DNA from: Candidatus Micrarchaeota archaeon | Lineage (GTDB): Archaea; B1Sed10-29; B47-G15 | Reading direction: 5' to 3' | DNA: 64,000 nt | NCBI GenBank assembly: GCA_003660975.1 | Contig: QMVG01000001.1 | Location: 1 to 64,000, forward strand | Shown: positions 1 through 9,737 of the stretch, one piece after another | How the letters are laid out: each line of letters begins with the position of its first letter | How positions within the stretch are numbered: position 1 is the first letter of the stretch | Notes under the pieces: model-generated | What the model saw: only the letters and a program-made list of their open reading frames with translations | What the model was told of the DNA's origin: nothing | Databases searched by the model: none | Program-made: the position numbers and the translations under genes

Positions 1-1
1 A

Positions 2-3000
2 ATGCATGGAGCAATATCAGCAGGCACAAGATGGGACTATACTATGTTGTTCTATATACACAGGAGCAACTGTACGGATAAAAAATACGGGGATGACATT
101 CCTGAAATGTTGTTTAACATTACGAGGAATCCGGCTAATATCACAAATTACACTGGGATATATTTGGGTTACGATAATGGAACTGGGAGCTATGTGTTTA
201 AGGAAACAGGAGATTACATAGAATTCCTCCTTGATGCAGAAGATTATAACAGGAGCAAAGCTGTCTTCGAGATAAGAAATGTTCCACGCAGCTTGTCAAA
301 GAAATTAAAGGTGTGGAGGTCAACAGGGTCTGGATTCCAGCTTCTCAGCTCTGGGAGTGATTACTTAAACCAAACAGGCAATGACAGCTATTATCATTTC
401 AATTACACGTTGATAATGCTTAATTATACGATCGAAAGTGGAAACTCAGAGCGCTTTTTCATAGGAAATAGAAGCCCGCCAAATTTAAATCTAACTGCAA
501 CAAACCTTAGCTCTGTGTCATACTGGATACAATATCATGCAAAGCACATAAACTTCAGCATAAGCAACACAGGGAATACCACTGTTAGAAATGCCAATGT
601 TTCTCTTTTCATAAATGACAGCTATGTGAACAGCAGCAGTATAATGGTAAAAGCACAGTCAAGCAATTCAAGCATAATAAGAGCAAATATAACTGCCACA
701 GGCGGACCGTATATAATAAAGCTCTCTGTTGACCCTGAAGACAAAATTGGAGAAATGAATGAAAGCGATAACAATTACTCAAAAATTGTAAATGTTCGCT
801 TTGCAATGAACTTAAGCATATGGGATGAGACAGATACTCCGAAATTATACACCACTGGTCCAAAGATCCCAAATGAGCAAGTGCTCTTCTTCGCCAATTA
901 CACGAATTTCTCATCCTCTCCCCCGAATATGACGATATGGTGGAACAGCTCGTGGTCACGCAGGATTGAGGTTAACATAACAGAGCCTTATAGTGTTTCA
1001 AGAACGCATGATGTTGCTTATGTGTTATTTAACCATGGCGGTAAGGCAAGGACTGACTGCAGAGATGTCAGAGTATTGGACAATAACTCCCACCTGCTTC
1101 CCAGAAAAATAGGCATATGTAATTCAAGCCATATGGAAATCGCTTTCCCTGTTAACATTTCTGCCTCGCAAACAAGGACTTACTATATCTATTGGGGAAA
1201 CAAAAAAGCTGAAAGCTACAGAACAGCTTTCCCAGACATAAATTGGTATGGCTTGAATGATGAGGACGATTACAGCAGGTCTGGGATGAAATACAATAGA
1301 TTTAGACCGTACAAAAAGAATGGTAACTGGACTTTGGTTATGGATTGGGGAGGTGCAGGCACTCTAAGTGACTATGTGGGGATCAGAGGATACTACACCA
1401 GCAGGTACATAAGTGATGAGAATATAAGCGGCGAGCAGATTTCCCACTACAGCCAAGAAAACGACGAGGATGACAGCAAGTACTCTGAAGACGGTATTAC
1501 ATGGACAATGACTGACTGTTATGATGACTGTGATTATTTTATAAACAATTGGTTTAACCCTGCTTTCAAAAATGAGTTTGACATAGGAACAAGAGCGCCC
1601 TGTGGCGGCTCATCTATAAGGTGCGACTATGGGAACATTTCAATAACCATGCCGGGCAATGAAGACCCGGATGCAGTGCTCATTTTCATAAACGATACGT
1701 ATGGCAGCTGTTATTTCAATGGCACTCCTATAAGCACAAACAGGTATTACAACGCAACGCCAAGAACATTTGGCTTTAATTTAAATATTGGGCAGGAAAC
1801 GGTTTTTGCAGAGTGCAATATAAGTTTTAACTATAGTGGCATAACAAGCCCTTGGGCAATGATGTGGTACAATGCAAGCAAGAAACTTTTTGAGTACAAC
1901 AAAAGCTTTCCAGAGGATGGGCACTTTATATGGAACGTAAGTTGTGGAGGTATCTGGTTTGAACACAAGAAGGCAAATGACACAATAGACATAAGCTCTT
2001 CTCCTGACTTTCAGGTTTTCCCTGAAAACATCTCATATCCTGAATACCTTCTTCAATACCAGAAAGTACAGGTCAATATCAGTGTTTACAACGATGGCAA
2101 CATAAATGGAAACTCAGTTAATGTTACCCTTTGGCAAGGCACGCAGTATGTGAACAGCACTTATATAGACATTCCTGGAAAAACAAGTGCAGTAGCAAGA
2201 ATAAATTGGACACCAAGCAAAGGGGGTTTTGCATACCTAAATGTTTCTGTTGACCCTCTAGACAAAATAACCGAGAGCTTTGAGAACAACAATAATGCAA
2301 CTGTTGAGGTTAATATTACATTCGCCACTACCCTGGATATCTGGGACTCCACTGACACGCCAAAACCACACACGACGGGAAAGGTTTACCAGGGCCAAAC
2401 TGCCAAGTTCTTTGCTAACTTCACAAACGGCTCTGACCCTGCCTTTGACCCAACGTGGTGGAACATAAGCTGGAATATGAGAAAAAAGATAACCATTGAG
2501 GAAACTTATGGTGTTTCCAGAATCCACGATGTTGTTTACATTCACTTTGACCCAGATGGCTTTGTAAGAAGCGACTGTGAGGACATAAGAGTATATGACA
2601 TCGCCAACAGCAGGCTTGTATCAAGAAAGATAGGAAATTGTTCCCCTAACGATGTGTGGATTTCATTCCCAATAAACATCTCTGCAAGCTCATCCAAGGA
2701 TTATTACATATACTACAGCAACCCAACTGCCTCAAAAGGCAACTCAACATTCCCGGCACTGAACTGGTATGGCTTGAATGATGAGGACAACTACTCAAGG
2801 GCTGGTTTCAGATACAATAGACTCAAGCCATATAAATATGGGGGTTATTGGTATATCACATTTGACTGGGGCGCTGCAGGAACACCAAATGCGCCGTCAG
2901 GCATAAGAGGGTATTTCTTCAGTTATTTCGCAAATGAGTCCAAGATAGAGGGCTATGCCATAGACTACAGCAGCCAGGACTCAGACAATGATGACCAGGC

Positions 3001-6000
3001 ATACAGTGATGATGGCAGCTCTTGGACCATGATGGATTGCAGGGATGGCTGTGACTATTTGCTCGGGCCTGAAACACCCCAGCACAAGCACGAATGGGTT
3101 GGTGGAGCAGTAGCGCCCTGTAGCAGTGGAACAAAATGTGACTATGGCTATTTAAAAATAAGGATACCTGAAAACGAAGACCCTGATTCAATCCTGTTCA
3201 ACATAACCATAAAAAACAATACAGCTTATTGGAATGACACAGAGATACTTGGCCTTGGAGCATATAATGTGACGCCCAGAAGCTATGGCTTTGATTACCA
3301 CAACTCAACGCCTGAAACCGTCTCCAACTGCTTCATATCATTTAACATTTCAGGGGGCTGGACTGATTGGGCAGGCATGACATATAACCAAAGCAATGAG
3401 CTTTATATGTACTGGAAGGTTTTTGAGCAGCCAGGTGTTTACACATGGAATGTCAGCTGTGCTGCTCCTCTTGTTCAAGGGCAGAATAAGTCAGACACGA
3501 TAACGATATCTGGCTCGCCTGATTTAAATGTAACTGAAAGCAGCATAAAAGCACCACAAGTTGGAAGACCGTGGCACAGGGTGGAGTTCAACATAACAGT
3601 AAATAACACAGGTTATGACAAATCTCCTTTCACCAATATAACACTGTGGATAAACACCAGCTATCTCAACAGCAGCAGATTAAACATTTCTATGTTGAGC
3701 AGAAATCACACTATGTTCTTCTGGACGCCTTCATCCCCTGGGAATTACCTGCTAAACCTATCAGCAGACCCGAACAATGAAAAGGAAGAGAGCTTTGAAG
3801 ATAACAACAACATAACGAAGTTATTCCTTGTCAGGTATGAGGCCTTGCTGCAAATTTGGGATTCAACAGACCCAAAAGGAGGGTCTCATATAATATACCC
3901 AGACCAGAAAGCAAACTTCTACGCCAACTATACAAATGCCTCTGGATATCCGATAAACAAGTCATTGGCAAGTGATGCGCACTGTAATATATCTATATAC
4001 AACGAAACCACTGATAGGTGGATAGGAAGACCAATGAGATACAACACCACAAGCCAACTCTACGAGTTTAATAGAACATTTTCTCTTGAAGGGGCATATG
4101 AGTGGAATGTGACCTGTAAAGCCACAAATTATGACACAAAACAGCTTTTTGATACCATTTACATAGGCCAAGCCCCTGAGCTTGAGCTGAGAAGGGAAAA
4201 CATAAGCATAAGCCCAGAATTGATTTACAAAGGAAATAGAACCCTTTTGAATATTACTGTTTTTAACCTGGGAACAGAAAATTCAGCATACACCAACATT
4301 TCAGTTTACATTGATGACAGCTATTTCAACAGCACAAGAATCAACATAAGCAAACAGTCATATAATAGAACAACTTTCTTCTGGTATGCAATTAAAGGCA
4401 ATCACACGATAAAGATATCAGCAGACCCAGACGATGAAAAGAGCGAGAATGATGAGAGCAACAACAACATAAGCATAAATGTCACTGTGTTTGAATGGGC
4501 TAACCTATCAATATGGGACCAAACAGATGAACCACGACCTTACACTACAGGTGCTGCGTTTGCAGGTAGCCCTGTTAAATTTTATGCCAATTTCTCAAAC
4601 GCCAGCTCAGGAGCATTAACAGATGACTATTACTCAGGCTGGTGGAATAAAAGCTGGAGCTATCGGCTTGAATACCAGATAAATGAGAGCCTTGGATACA
4701 ACAGGGTAAGAGAGCCTATAACCGTTGTAGTTAATTTCTCGCAATATCCTCTACTACAAGGAAGAAGCATAGACAGGAATTCCATAAGGATAATAAGCAA
4801 TAACAAAGTAAACCAAATAAACGGCCATCCCTATGTCATAACATGGAACGAGGACTACAGCTCTGCTCTGCCAGAGGCAACAATAACTTTTGACCTTAAC
4901 ATAAGTGCAAACGACATCACGAAATTTTGGCTTTATTTTGACACTACTGACAATGAGAACAAAAGCGCAGCTGCCTTCGGAGATTATTATGTCTTCCACT
5001 ACTTTGTGAGAATTGCCAATCTCATAGACATCATGTCAATACACGACAATAATTCCATCTGGATAGAGGACTTAGATGATGATGGAGAAATACTGCATTC
5101 TCAATATTTCAGCAATAAGCCAGCTGGCTGGAGGTATGTAAATAAAAGCCACGATCCAGATAATGTGATCATACACTCTACTTATCCTGTATTCATATAC
5201 GCTGGCCTTGTTTCAACATGGGGCACTAATTTGAATGACTTGGAAGGCACGATATACGCAATTCAGGACCCTGTTCACGGAAATTACAGTTTCTACGGAA
5301 GAAGATTCTATTTCCATTCAACGAACCACACAAGCTCTGGAACAAGAGCTTGGTTCCTTACATATGAAAATACTCCTGTAAATGTAACTATAAAGCATTT
5401 CCTGACAGGCACGCTAATAACAAAACTGCAGATAACAAGCAGCAACATGCAGCCAGGAGGCAGCCCGCTGACATATGATTTCGCTGACGGCACAGACGTA
5501 TTGATAGAAGCAGACTCAGACATATGGATAATTACAGGAGAAGATGATGCTTTCACATCTAGAGATGTTGGTTATACACCTTTAAGAAAGAACAGGACAT
5601 ATTATCTTTTCCCGTATTCAACAGGTTCTACTGGCATAGCCCAGGTCTTTGGAAAGCCAAATACCAATGTCACATTTAATTGGAGCTCAGGCAGCACGTG
5701 GAGGTTGATTCCATCTGATGGCAGGTTGATATTTGTAGAAAGCCTGACAAATGGCGGAAGAATAATGGAGGTCTCAGCAAACGATACAATAGCAGTAAGC
5801 TGGGTTACTGTAAATGACCAAAGCTCATTTGCGGCGGTATATGATGAGAACCACTTTGCTATGGGGCTAAACTTGAGCTTTGTTTTCAATGGCTCTGGCT
5901 ACATGCCAATTAACATCAGCATCTTTACACTGAGCGATGCTACTGATTTTGTTTACAATGACAGCGGTTCTGCTCCAAATGAATACGTGCAAAACAATTT

Positions 6001-6922
6001 AAACGCCTGGAAAGCATACAGAATCCAAGACGGCTCAGGCACTTCCTACATAAAAGGAAGGGTAAGAGCAAATAAACCTGTAATTGTGTACTATGGTGGT
6101 GAGAGACCAGTAGCCACGAACAATGACGAGCTTCACACCGCAACACCCATAATTACCAGACTGCAGTATTCAGCACCTTTACAGCAAAACAATTTCAGAA
6201 AGCAAACAGCATGCGAGCTCCTTATAAATGTAAGTGGCGGCTGGGCTAGAAGACCTATGCAGTATAATGACAGCAAGAAGCTCTACGAGGCCACATACAC
6301 CTTCAGCAAAGGAGGTCATTATTACTGGAATGTAAGTTGCCAAGGCATATACACAGAGCTCAAAAAAGCAAATGACAGCATAGATGTTATCAAAACTGTT
6401 TCTGTGAAAGCAATAAAGAGAGTCAATGACACAACACACAGTGTCTCAATAAATGTAAGCAACATGATGGATATAACAATAGGCCCTGTTATTCTCTACG
6501 ACTTTGTTCCTGAAAACATAACGGCCTTTTCATTCACCACTGCACCAACTGACTCTGACACTATTGGCGGGGACCTGCATGGCACAGTTTATATTTGGGA
6601 TTTAGGTTATTTTGAGCCAGGGGACTGGGCGAATATAAATTACTCTTTTTCAGTTGATGGCTTAGTGAAGTTGTCTGAATTCCACATAGTTGGAATTGAC
6701 CCATTACTTCCACTAGGCTCTAACTCAAGTCATGCTCAACAAAGGGGGAGAAGCAAGAGGGTTCTGCCACACCTGCCCTTTAAGAGAACTTCTCCCCCAA
6801 CACCCCATTTCATGTTTTTTGCAGAGGGGGAGAGAAAAATACTCACACCTGCCCACTATCCCCCCTCTCAATTTTATTTAAAGCTTGCCAATTGGTTAAA
6901 AAGAAAGAAAAAGAAAACATAG
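2..6922 (+). CDS. Giant modular surface glycoprotein with 4 CARDB/Ig-like modules and 3 DUF2341-like inserts; probably 5'-truncated by the window edge
   Basis: 2306-aa ORF. Four CARDB-like motifs (VDPEDKIGEMNESDNN, VDPLDKITESFENNNN, ADPNNEKEESFEDNNN, ADPDDEKSENDESNNN) and three WWNxSWxxR...D.RV-type DUF2341-like segments. N-x-S/T sequons are very frequent. Confidence 0.8.
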   Translation: MHGAISAGTRWDYTMLFYIHRSNCTDKKYGDDIPEMLFNITRNPANITNYTGIYLGYDNGTGSYVFKETGDYIEFLLDAEDYNRSKAVFEIRNVPRSLSKKLKVWRSTGSGFQLLSSGSDYLNQTGNDSYYHFNYTLIMLNYTIESGNSERFFIGNRSPPNLNLTATNLSSVSYWIQYHAKHINFSISNTGNTTVRNANVSLFINDSYVNSSSIMVKAQSSNSSIIRANITATGGPYIIKLSVDPEDKIGEMNESDNNYSKIVNVRFAMNLSIWDETDTPKLYTTGPKIPNEQVLFFANYTNFSSSPPNMTIWWNSSWSRRIEVNITEPYSVSRTHDVAYVLFNHGGKARTDCRDVRVLDNNSHLLPRKIGICNSSHMEIAFPVNISASQTRTYYIYWGNKKAESYRTAFPDINWYGLNDEDDYSRSGMKYNRFRPYKKNGNWTLVMDWGGAGTLSDYVGIRGYYTSRYISDENISGEQISHYSQENDEDDSKYSEDGITWTMTDCYDDCDYFINNWFNPAFKNEFDIGTRAPCGGSSIRCDYGNISITMPGNEDPDAVLIFINDTYGSCYFNGTPISTNRYYNATPRTFGFNLNIGQETVFAECNISFNYSGITSPWAMMWYNASKKLFEYNKSFPEDGHFIWNVSCGGIWFEHKKANDTIDISSSPDFQVFPENISYPEYLLQYQKVQVNISVYNDGNINGNSVNVTLWQGTQYVNSTYIDIPGKTSAVARINWTPSKGGFAYLNVSVDPLDKITESFENNNNATVEVNITFATTLDIWDSTDTPKPHTTGKVYQGQTAKFFANFTNGSDPAFDPTWWNISWNMRKKITIEETYGVSRIHDVVYIHFDPDGFVRSDCEDIRVYDIANSRLVSRKIGNCSPNDVWISFPINISASSSKDYYIYYSNPTASKGNSTFPALNWYGLNDEDNYSRAGFRYNRLKPYKYGGYWYITFDWGAAGTPNAPSGIRGYFFSYFANESKIEGYAIDYSSQDSDNDDQAYSDDGSSWTMMDCRDGCDYLLGPETPQHKHEWVGGAVAPCSSGTKCDYGYLKIRIPENEDPDSILFNITIKNNTAYWNDTEILGLGAYNVTPRSYGFDYHNSTPETVSNCFISFNISGGWTDWAGMTYNQSNELYMYWKVFEQPGVYTWNVSCAAPLVQGQNKSDTITISGSPDLNVTESSIKAPQVGRPWHRVEFNITVNNTGYDKSPFTNITLWINTSYLNSSRLNISMLSRNHTMFFWTPSSPGNYLLNLSADPNNEKEESFEDNNNITKLFLVRYEALLQIWDSTDPKGGSHIIYPDQKANFYANYTNASGYPINKSLASDAHCNISIYNETTDRWIGRPMRYNTTSQLYEFNRTFSLEGAYEWNVTCKATNYDTKQLFDTIYIGQAPELELRRENISISPELIYKGNRTLLNITVFNLGTENSAYTNISVYIDDSYFNSTRINISKQSYNRTTFFWYAIKGNHTIKISADPDDEKSENDESNNNISINVTVFEWANLSIWDQTDEPRPYTTGAAFAGSPVKFYANFSNASSGALTDDYYSGWWNKSWSYRLEYQINESLGYNRVREPITVVVNFSQYPLLQGRSIDRNSIRIISNNKVNQINGHPYVITWNEDYSSALPEATITFDLNISANDITKFWLYFDTTDNENKSAAAFGDYYVFHYFVRIANLIDIMSIHDNNSIWIEDLDDDGEILHSQYFSNKPAGWRYVNKSHDPDNVIIHSTYPVFIYAGLVSTWGTNLNDLEGTIYAIQDPVHGNYSFYGRRFYFHSTNHTSSGTRAWFLTYENTPVNVTIKHFLTGTLITKLQITSSNMQPGGSPLTYDFADGTDVLIEADSDIWIITGEDDAFTSRDVGYTPLRKNRTYYLFPYSTGSTGIAQVFGKPNTNVTFNWSSGSTWRLIPSDGRLIFVESLTNGGRIMEVSANDTIAVSWVTVNDQSSFAAVYDENHFAMGLNLSFVFNGSGYMPINISIFTLSDATDFVYNDSGSAPNEYVQNNLNAWKAYRIQDGSGTSYIKGRVRANKPVIVYYGGERPVATNNDELHTATPIITRLQYSAPLQQNNFRKQTACELLINVSGGWARRPMQYNDSKKLYEATYTFSKGGHYYWNVSCQGIYTELKKANDSIDVIKTVSVKAIKRVNDTTHSVSINVSNMMDITIGPVILYDFVPENITAFSFTTAPTDSDTIGGDLHGTVYIWDLGYFEPGDWANINYSFSVDGLVKLSEFHIVGIDPLLPLGSNSSHAQQRGRSKRVLPHLPFKRTSPPTPHFMFFAEGERKILTPAHYPPSQFYLKLANWLKRKKKKT
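6744..6869. repeat. Twin GC-rich stem-loops sharing the loop motif CACACCTGCCC
   Basis: GGGGGAGAA(6744-6752) pairs with TTCTCCCCC(6790-6798); AGAGGGGG(6823-6830) pairs with CCCCCTCT(6861-6868). The 11-mer CACACCTGCCC occurs at 6768-6778 and 6844-6854. Confidence 0.6.
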
Positions 6923-6929
6923 TGATTGT

Positions 6930-7949
6930 ATGATAGTTGGTGCAGGCATAGTAGGGACCTATCTCGGAGCAATTACAGGAGATATGAAAATCTGGGAAAG
7001 CAAGAGAAAGTTAGAGGAAAAAGCTTGCTCTGGGCTGCTATCAGTCACAGGCCTCAAACAGCTAAAACTGCCATATAAGGAAGCCATAGTAAATGAAGTA
7101 AAAGGAGCAGAGATTTACTCTGAAAATTACTCTTTCACTGTAAAAAAGAGAAGCACTCAGGCATTTGTGCTTGATAGATATATCTTGCAAAAACAGACCT
7201 TACAAATGGCAGAAGACAATGGATGCAGAATACTGTGGAATAAAAAATGGGACGGCGAGGATGATACATATATTATAGGCGCAGACGGTGCGCTAAGTAA
7301 AGTAGCTGAAAGCATGGGAATAAAAAGAAGATATATATTCGCATATCAAATAAAAGCAGAGTATAAGACAGACTCAGAACTGGTCAAGATATTTCTATCA
7401 AAAAGATATGCTCCTGGTTTCTTTGCTTGGATAATACCAGAAGATGAGAAGACATCAAGGATTGGTATTGGTGTGAAAGAAGGAAACCTTAGGAATGCTC
7501 TTTTTGAATTCCTATCCTATAAGGGCATTAAAATAAAACATATTAAAAAAGAGGAGGCAGGTCTGATACCTATATATGAAGACAAAAAGATGGTGAATGA
7601 CAACAAAGCCCTAATAGGTGATGCAGCAGTACAGGTAAAAGCAACAACAGGTGGGGGGATAATTTTTGCTTGTAAGGCGGCCCATATATTAAAGGACGCT
7701 ATTAACAGAAATGATTTGAAGTACTATGAAACAGAATTTAAAAGCAAATACGGAAGAGACCTGGAAATGCATCTGAAAATAAGAAAGATGCTGAACAGGG
7801 TTGATTACGACGCCCTTTTGAAAAAATTGATAAAAAACAACGTGCCTGAAATTATTGAAAAGTACGGTGATATGGACCACCCAAGAAAACTAGTAAAACA
7901 GATACTTATGAAACCGGCTTTATGGCCGCTGATAAGATATGTTATTTAA
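6930..7949 (+). CDS. Geranylgeranyl reductase family FAD-dependent oxidoreductase
   Basis: IVGAGIVG Rossmann motif, CSG, IIGADG, APGFFAWIIP, LIGDAAVQVKATTGGGI. Confidence 0.88.
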   Translation: MIVGAGIVGTYLGAITGDMKIWESKRKLEEKACSGLLSVTGLKQLKLPYKEAIVNEVKGAEIYSENYSFTVKKRSTQAFVLDRYILQKQTLQMAEDNGCRILWNKKWDGEDDTYIIGADGALSKVAESMGIKRRYIFAYQIKAEYKTDSELVKIFLSKRYAPGFFAWIIPEDEKTSRIGIGVKEGNLRNALFEFLSYKGIKIKHIKKEEAGLIPIYEDKKMVNDNKALIGDAAVQVKATTGGGIIFACKAAHILKDAINRNDLKYYETEFKSKYGRDLEMHLKIRKMLNRVDYDALLKKLIKNNVPEIIEKYGDMDHPRKLVKQILMKPALWPLIRYVI

Positions 7950-8627
7950 TTACTTTCCAAAATTGCGCTGCGTGCTCCTGTAAAAATCAATAGCCTTGTT
8001 GAACTCCCTCCTGTCAAATTCTGGCCACAGCCTTTTGCTAAAGTATAACTCAGAATACACCGCCTGCCAGGGAAGGAAATTACTCAGGCGTTGGTATGAC
8101 CCTGTTCTCACTATGAGGTCAACATCATGCGGCATATAAAGGTGCTTTTTTATGTTTTCTTCTGTCACTTTCTCACCATTGAGCTTCAGAGCCTTTATCG
8201 CATTTATCAATTCGTCCCTCCCGCCATAGCCAAGGGCTATGTTAAGCTCATATTTTTTGTAGTCCTGCGTTTTTTCTTCAAGGTATCGTATATCCTCTCT
8301 TAAGTCTGGAAGAGCGTCTCTTTTGCCTATAATCTTTACCTTTACCTCGTTGTCATGCAGCTTCTTGTGAAGTGCAAACTCTCTCAGATATTTCCTAAAC
8401 AATTTCTTCAGTATGCTTAATTCCACTGACTTTCTTCTCAGGTTTTCAGTAGAAAGAGCATACATCGTCACAACCTTTAGATATGGCAGTTTGAGGCACC
8501 AGTTTAGAACCTTCTCAGCTGTCTTGAAACCCAATTCATAGGCCCTTAAAAGGTCTATGCTGTGCTTTCTAGCAAATCTCCTGTTGCCATCAGGTATGAA
8601 TGCAATGGACTGCAACATTAAAATCAT
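7950..8627 (-). CDS. uppS: cis-prenyltransferase (polyprenyl/undecaprenyl diphosphate synthase)
   Basis: FIPDGNRR, ALSTENLRR, ALGYGGRDE, DLIVRTG..RLSNFLPWQ..YSE motifs. Confidence 0.93.
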   Translation of the reverse strand: MILMLQSIAFIPDGNRRFARKHSIDLLRAYELGFKTAEKVLNWCLKLPYLKVVTMYALSTENLRRKSVELSILKKLFRKYLREFALHKKLHDNEVKVKIIGKRDALPDLREDIRYLEEKTQDYKKYELNIALGYGGRDELINAIKALKLNGEKVTEENIKKHLYMPHDVDLIVRTGSYQRLSNFLPWQAVYSELYFSKRLWPEFDRREFNKAIDFYRSTQRNFGK

Positions 8628-8653
8628 CTCTCACTCTCTATAACGAAAACGAA

Positions 8654-8668
8654 GTATAAATATTTAAA
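8654..8668. promoter_or_regulatory. Back-to-back archaeal TATA boxes for divergent uppS and pilus operon 1 (probably leaderless)
   Basis: GTATAAATATTTAAA. The + strand TATTTAAA ends about 24 nt before ATG 8692; the - strand TTTATAC lies about 26 nt before ATG 8627. Confidence 0.55.
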
Positions 8669-8691
8669 CTTGGAGCTTTTTATTTCTTCTT

Positions 8692-9279
8692 ATGGAAAGA
8701 GGTATTTCACCAACAGTTTCATTTGTGCTGGTTGTCACAATCATACTTCTAGCAACTGCTGTGACATATCTGTGGGCAGCTCCAATAATCTCTGGCATAA
8801 ACGAACCTGGGAGGGTGAGAAACCTAAAAAACCAAATGGTAAACCTGGATTATATGATAAGAGCAACTGCTCATGGAGACATAAATTTTACCAACAGCTA
8901 TGAGTTATACGCACCTGGAGCATTTCTTGAACTCAGGCCAAGCAACGATTCTATTGTTATGACCTTCGTTCAAAAAGCATTGGTAATAGGAGTGGTCCAA
9001 AAAAACAAAAACACGAAATGCAGCTATGACGCTGAATACCTGAATGACACCATAACAGGAATATATCTTGGCAGAGAAATGAACATGTCAAGAGTATACT
9101 GGGGAGCAAAAGGTGTTGGAGATGCTGAGATAATGATATGCTATGATGATATTGACCTAAAATTTAACGGAGTATGCTCAAAAGGAAAAACAGGAGCACC
9201 GAGAATCTTGGTTTATATGAAAAAGATTGGGGTAAATGCGACAGATAACAGGCCAATTGTAAGCATAGATGTTTGTTAG
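8692..9279 (+). CDS. Archaeal type IV pilin-like protein
   Basis: Class III signal peptide MERG/ISPTVSFVLVVTIILLATAV. Confidence 0.8.
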   Translation: MERGISPTVSFVLVVTIILLATAVTYLWAAPIISGINEPGRVRNLKNQMVNLDYMIRATAHGDINFTNSYELYAPGAFLELRPSNDSIVMTFVQKALVIGVVQKNKNTKCSYDAEYLNDTITGIYLGREMNMSRVYWGAKGVGDAEIMICYDDIDLKFNGVCSKGKTGAPRILVYMKKIGVNATDNRPIVSIDVC

Positions 9280-9287
9280 GGATGTAA

Positions 9288-9737
9288 ATGGCCACATTTA
9301 GCATAAACTTTGTTCTGAGGATAAGCGTATTGGCTACAATGATGGTCGCTATTATGCTTGCCATGATTGTTCAGTCAAACGAGATCAAAGCATACCAGCA
9401 GAGCATAAAGATGCAGGAGGTGGCGAAATATATTGACTCAGAGATAACGAACGTGTATCTTAGCCTACAGAAAGTAAACGAAACGCTCAACAAAAGCATA
9501 TATCTGCCATATGACCCGTCCTTTTATTATCTTGTAAACCTGTCGTGCGTTGGAGGGAATATACAAATAAGCGCAGAAACACCTTCTCTGGGCAAAATCT
9601 TTATTATAAAAAAGCGCGTTAAATGCAATGCGAACTCTGTCTCTGGGCTCGCATTTCCTGGGGAGAATTGCATAATGGGAAAGAGAATAGATGCGACTCA
9701 TGTTAATATAACTCTTGTGAGGGATTGCATTGTCTGA
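9288..9737 (+). CDS. Putative minor pilin / membrane-anchored protein
   Basis: N-terminal hydrophobic helix followed by an amphipathic helix and a Cys-containing globular domain. Lies between a pilin and the ATPase. Confidence 0.55.
   Translation: MATFSINFVLRISVLATMMVAIMLAMIVQSNEIKAYQQSIKMQEVAKYIDSEITNVYLSLQKVNETLNKSIYLPYDPSFYYLVNLSCVGGNIQISAETPSLGKIFIIKKRVKCNANSVSGLAFPGENCIMGKRIDATHVNITLVRDCIV

Noticed and set aside
1244-2788. Exact 24-nt repeat TGGTATGGCTTGAATGATGAGGAC (1244-1267 and 2765-2788) as a DGR template/variable repeat
   Set aside because: Both copies are in frame within duplicated protein domains, the flanking differences are not adenine-specific, and no reverse transcriptase is present in the window.
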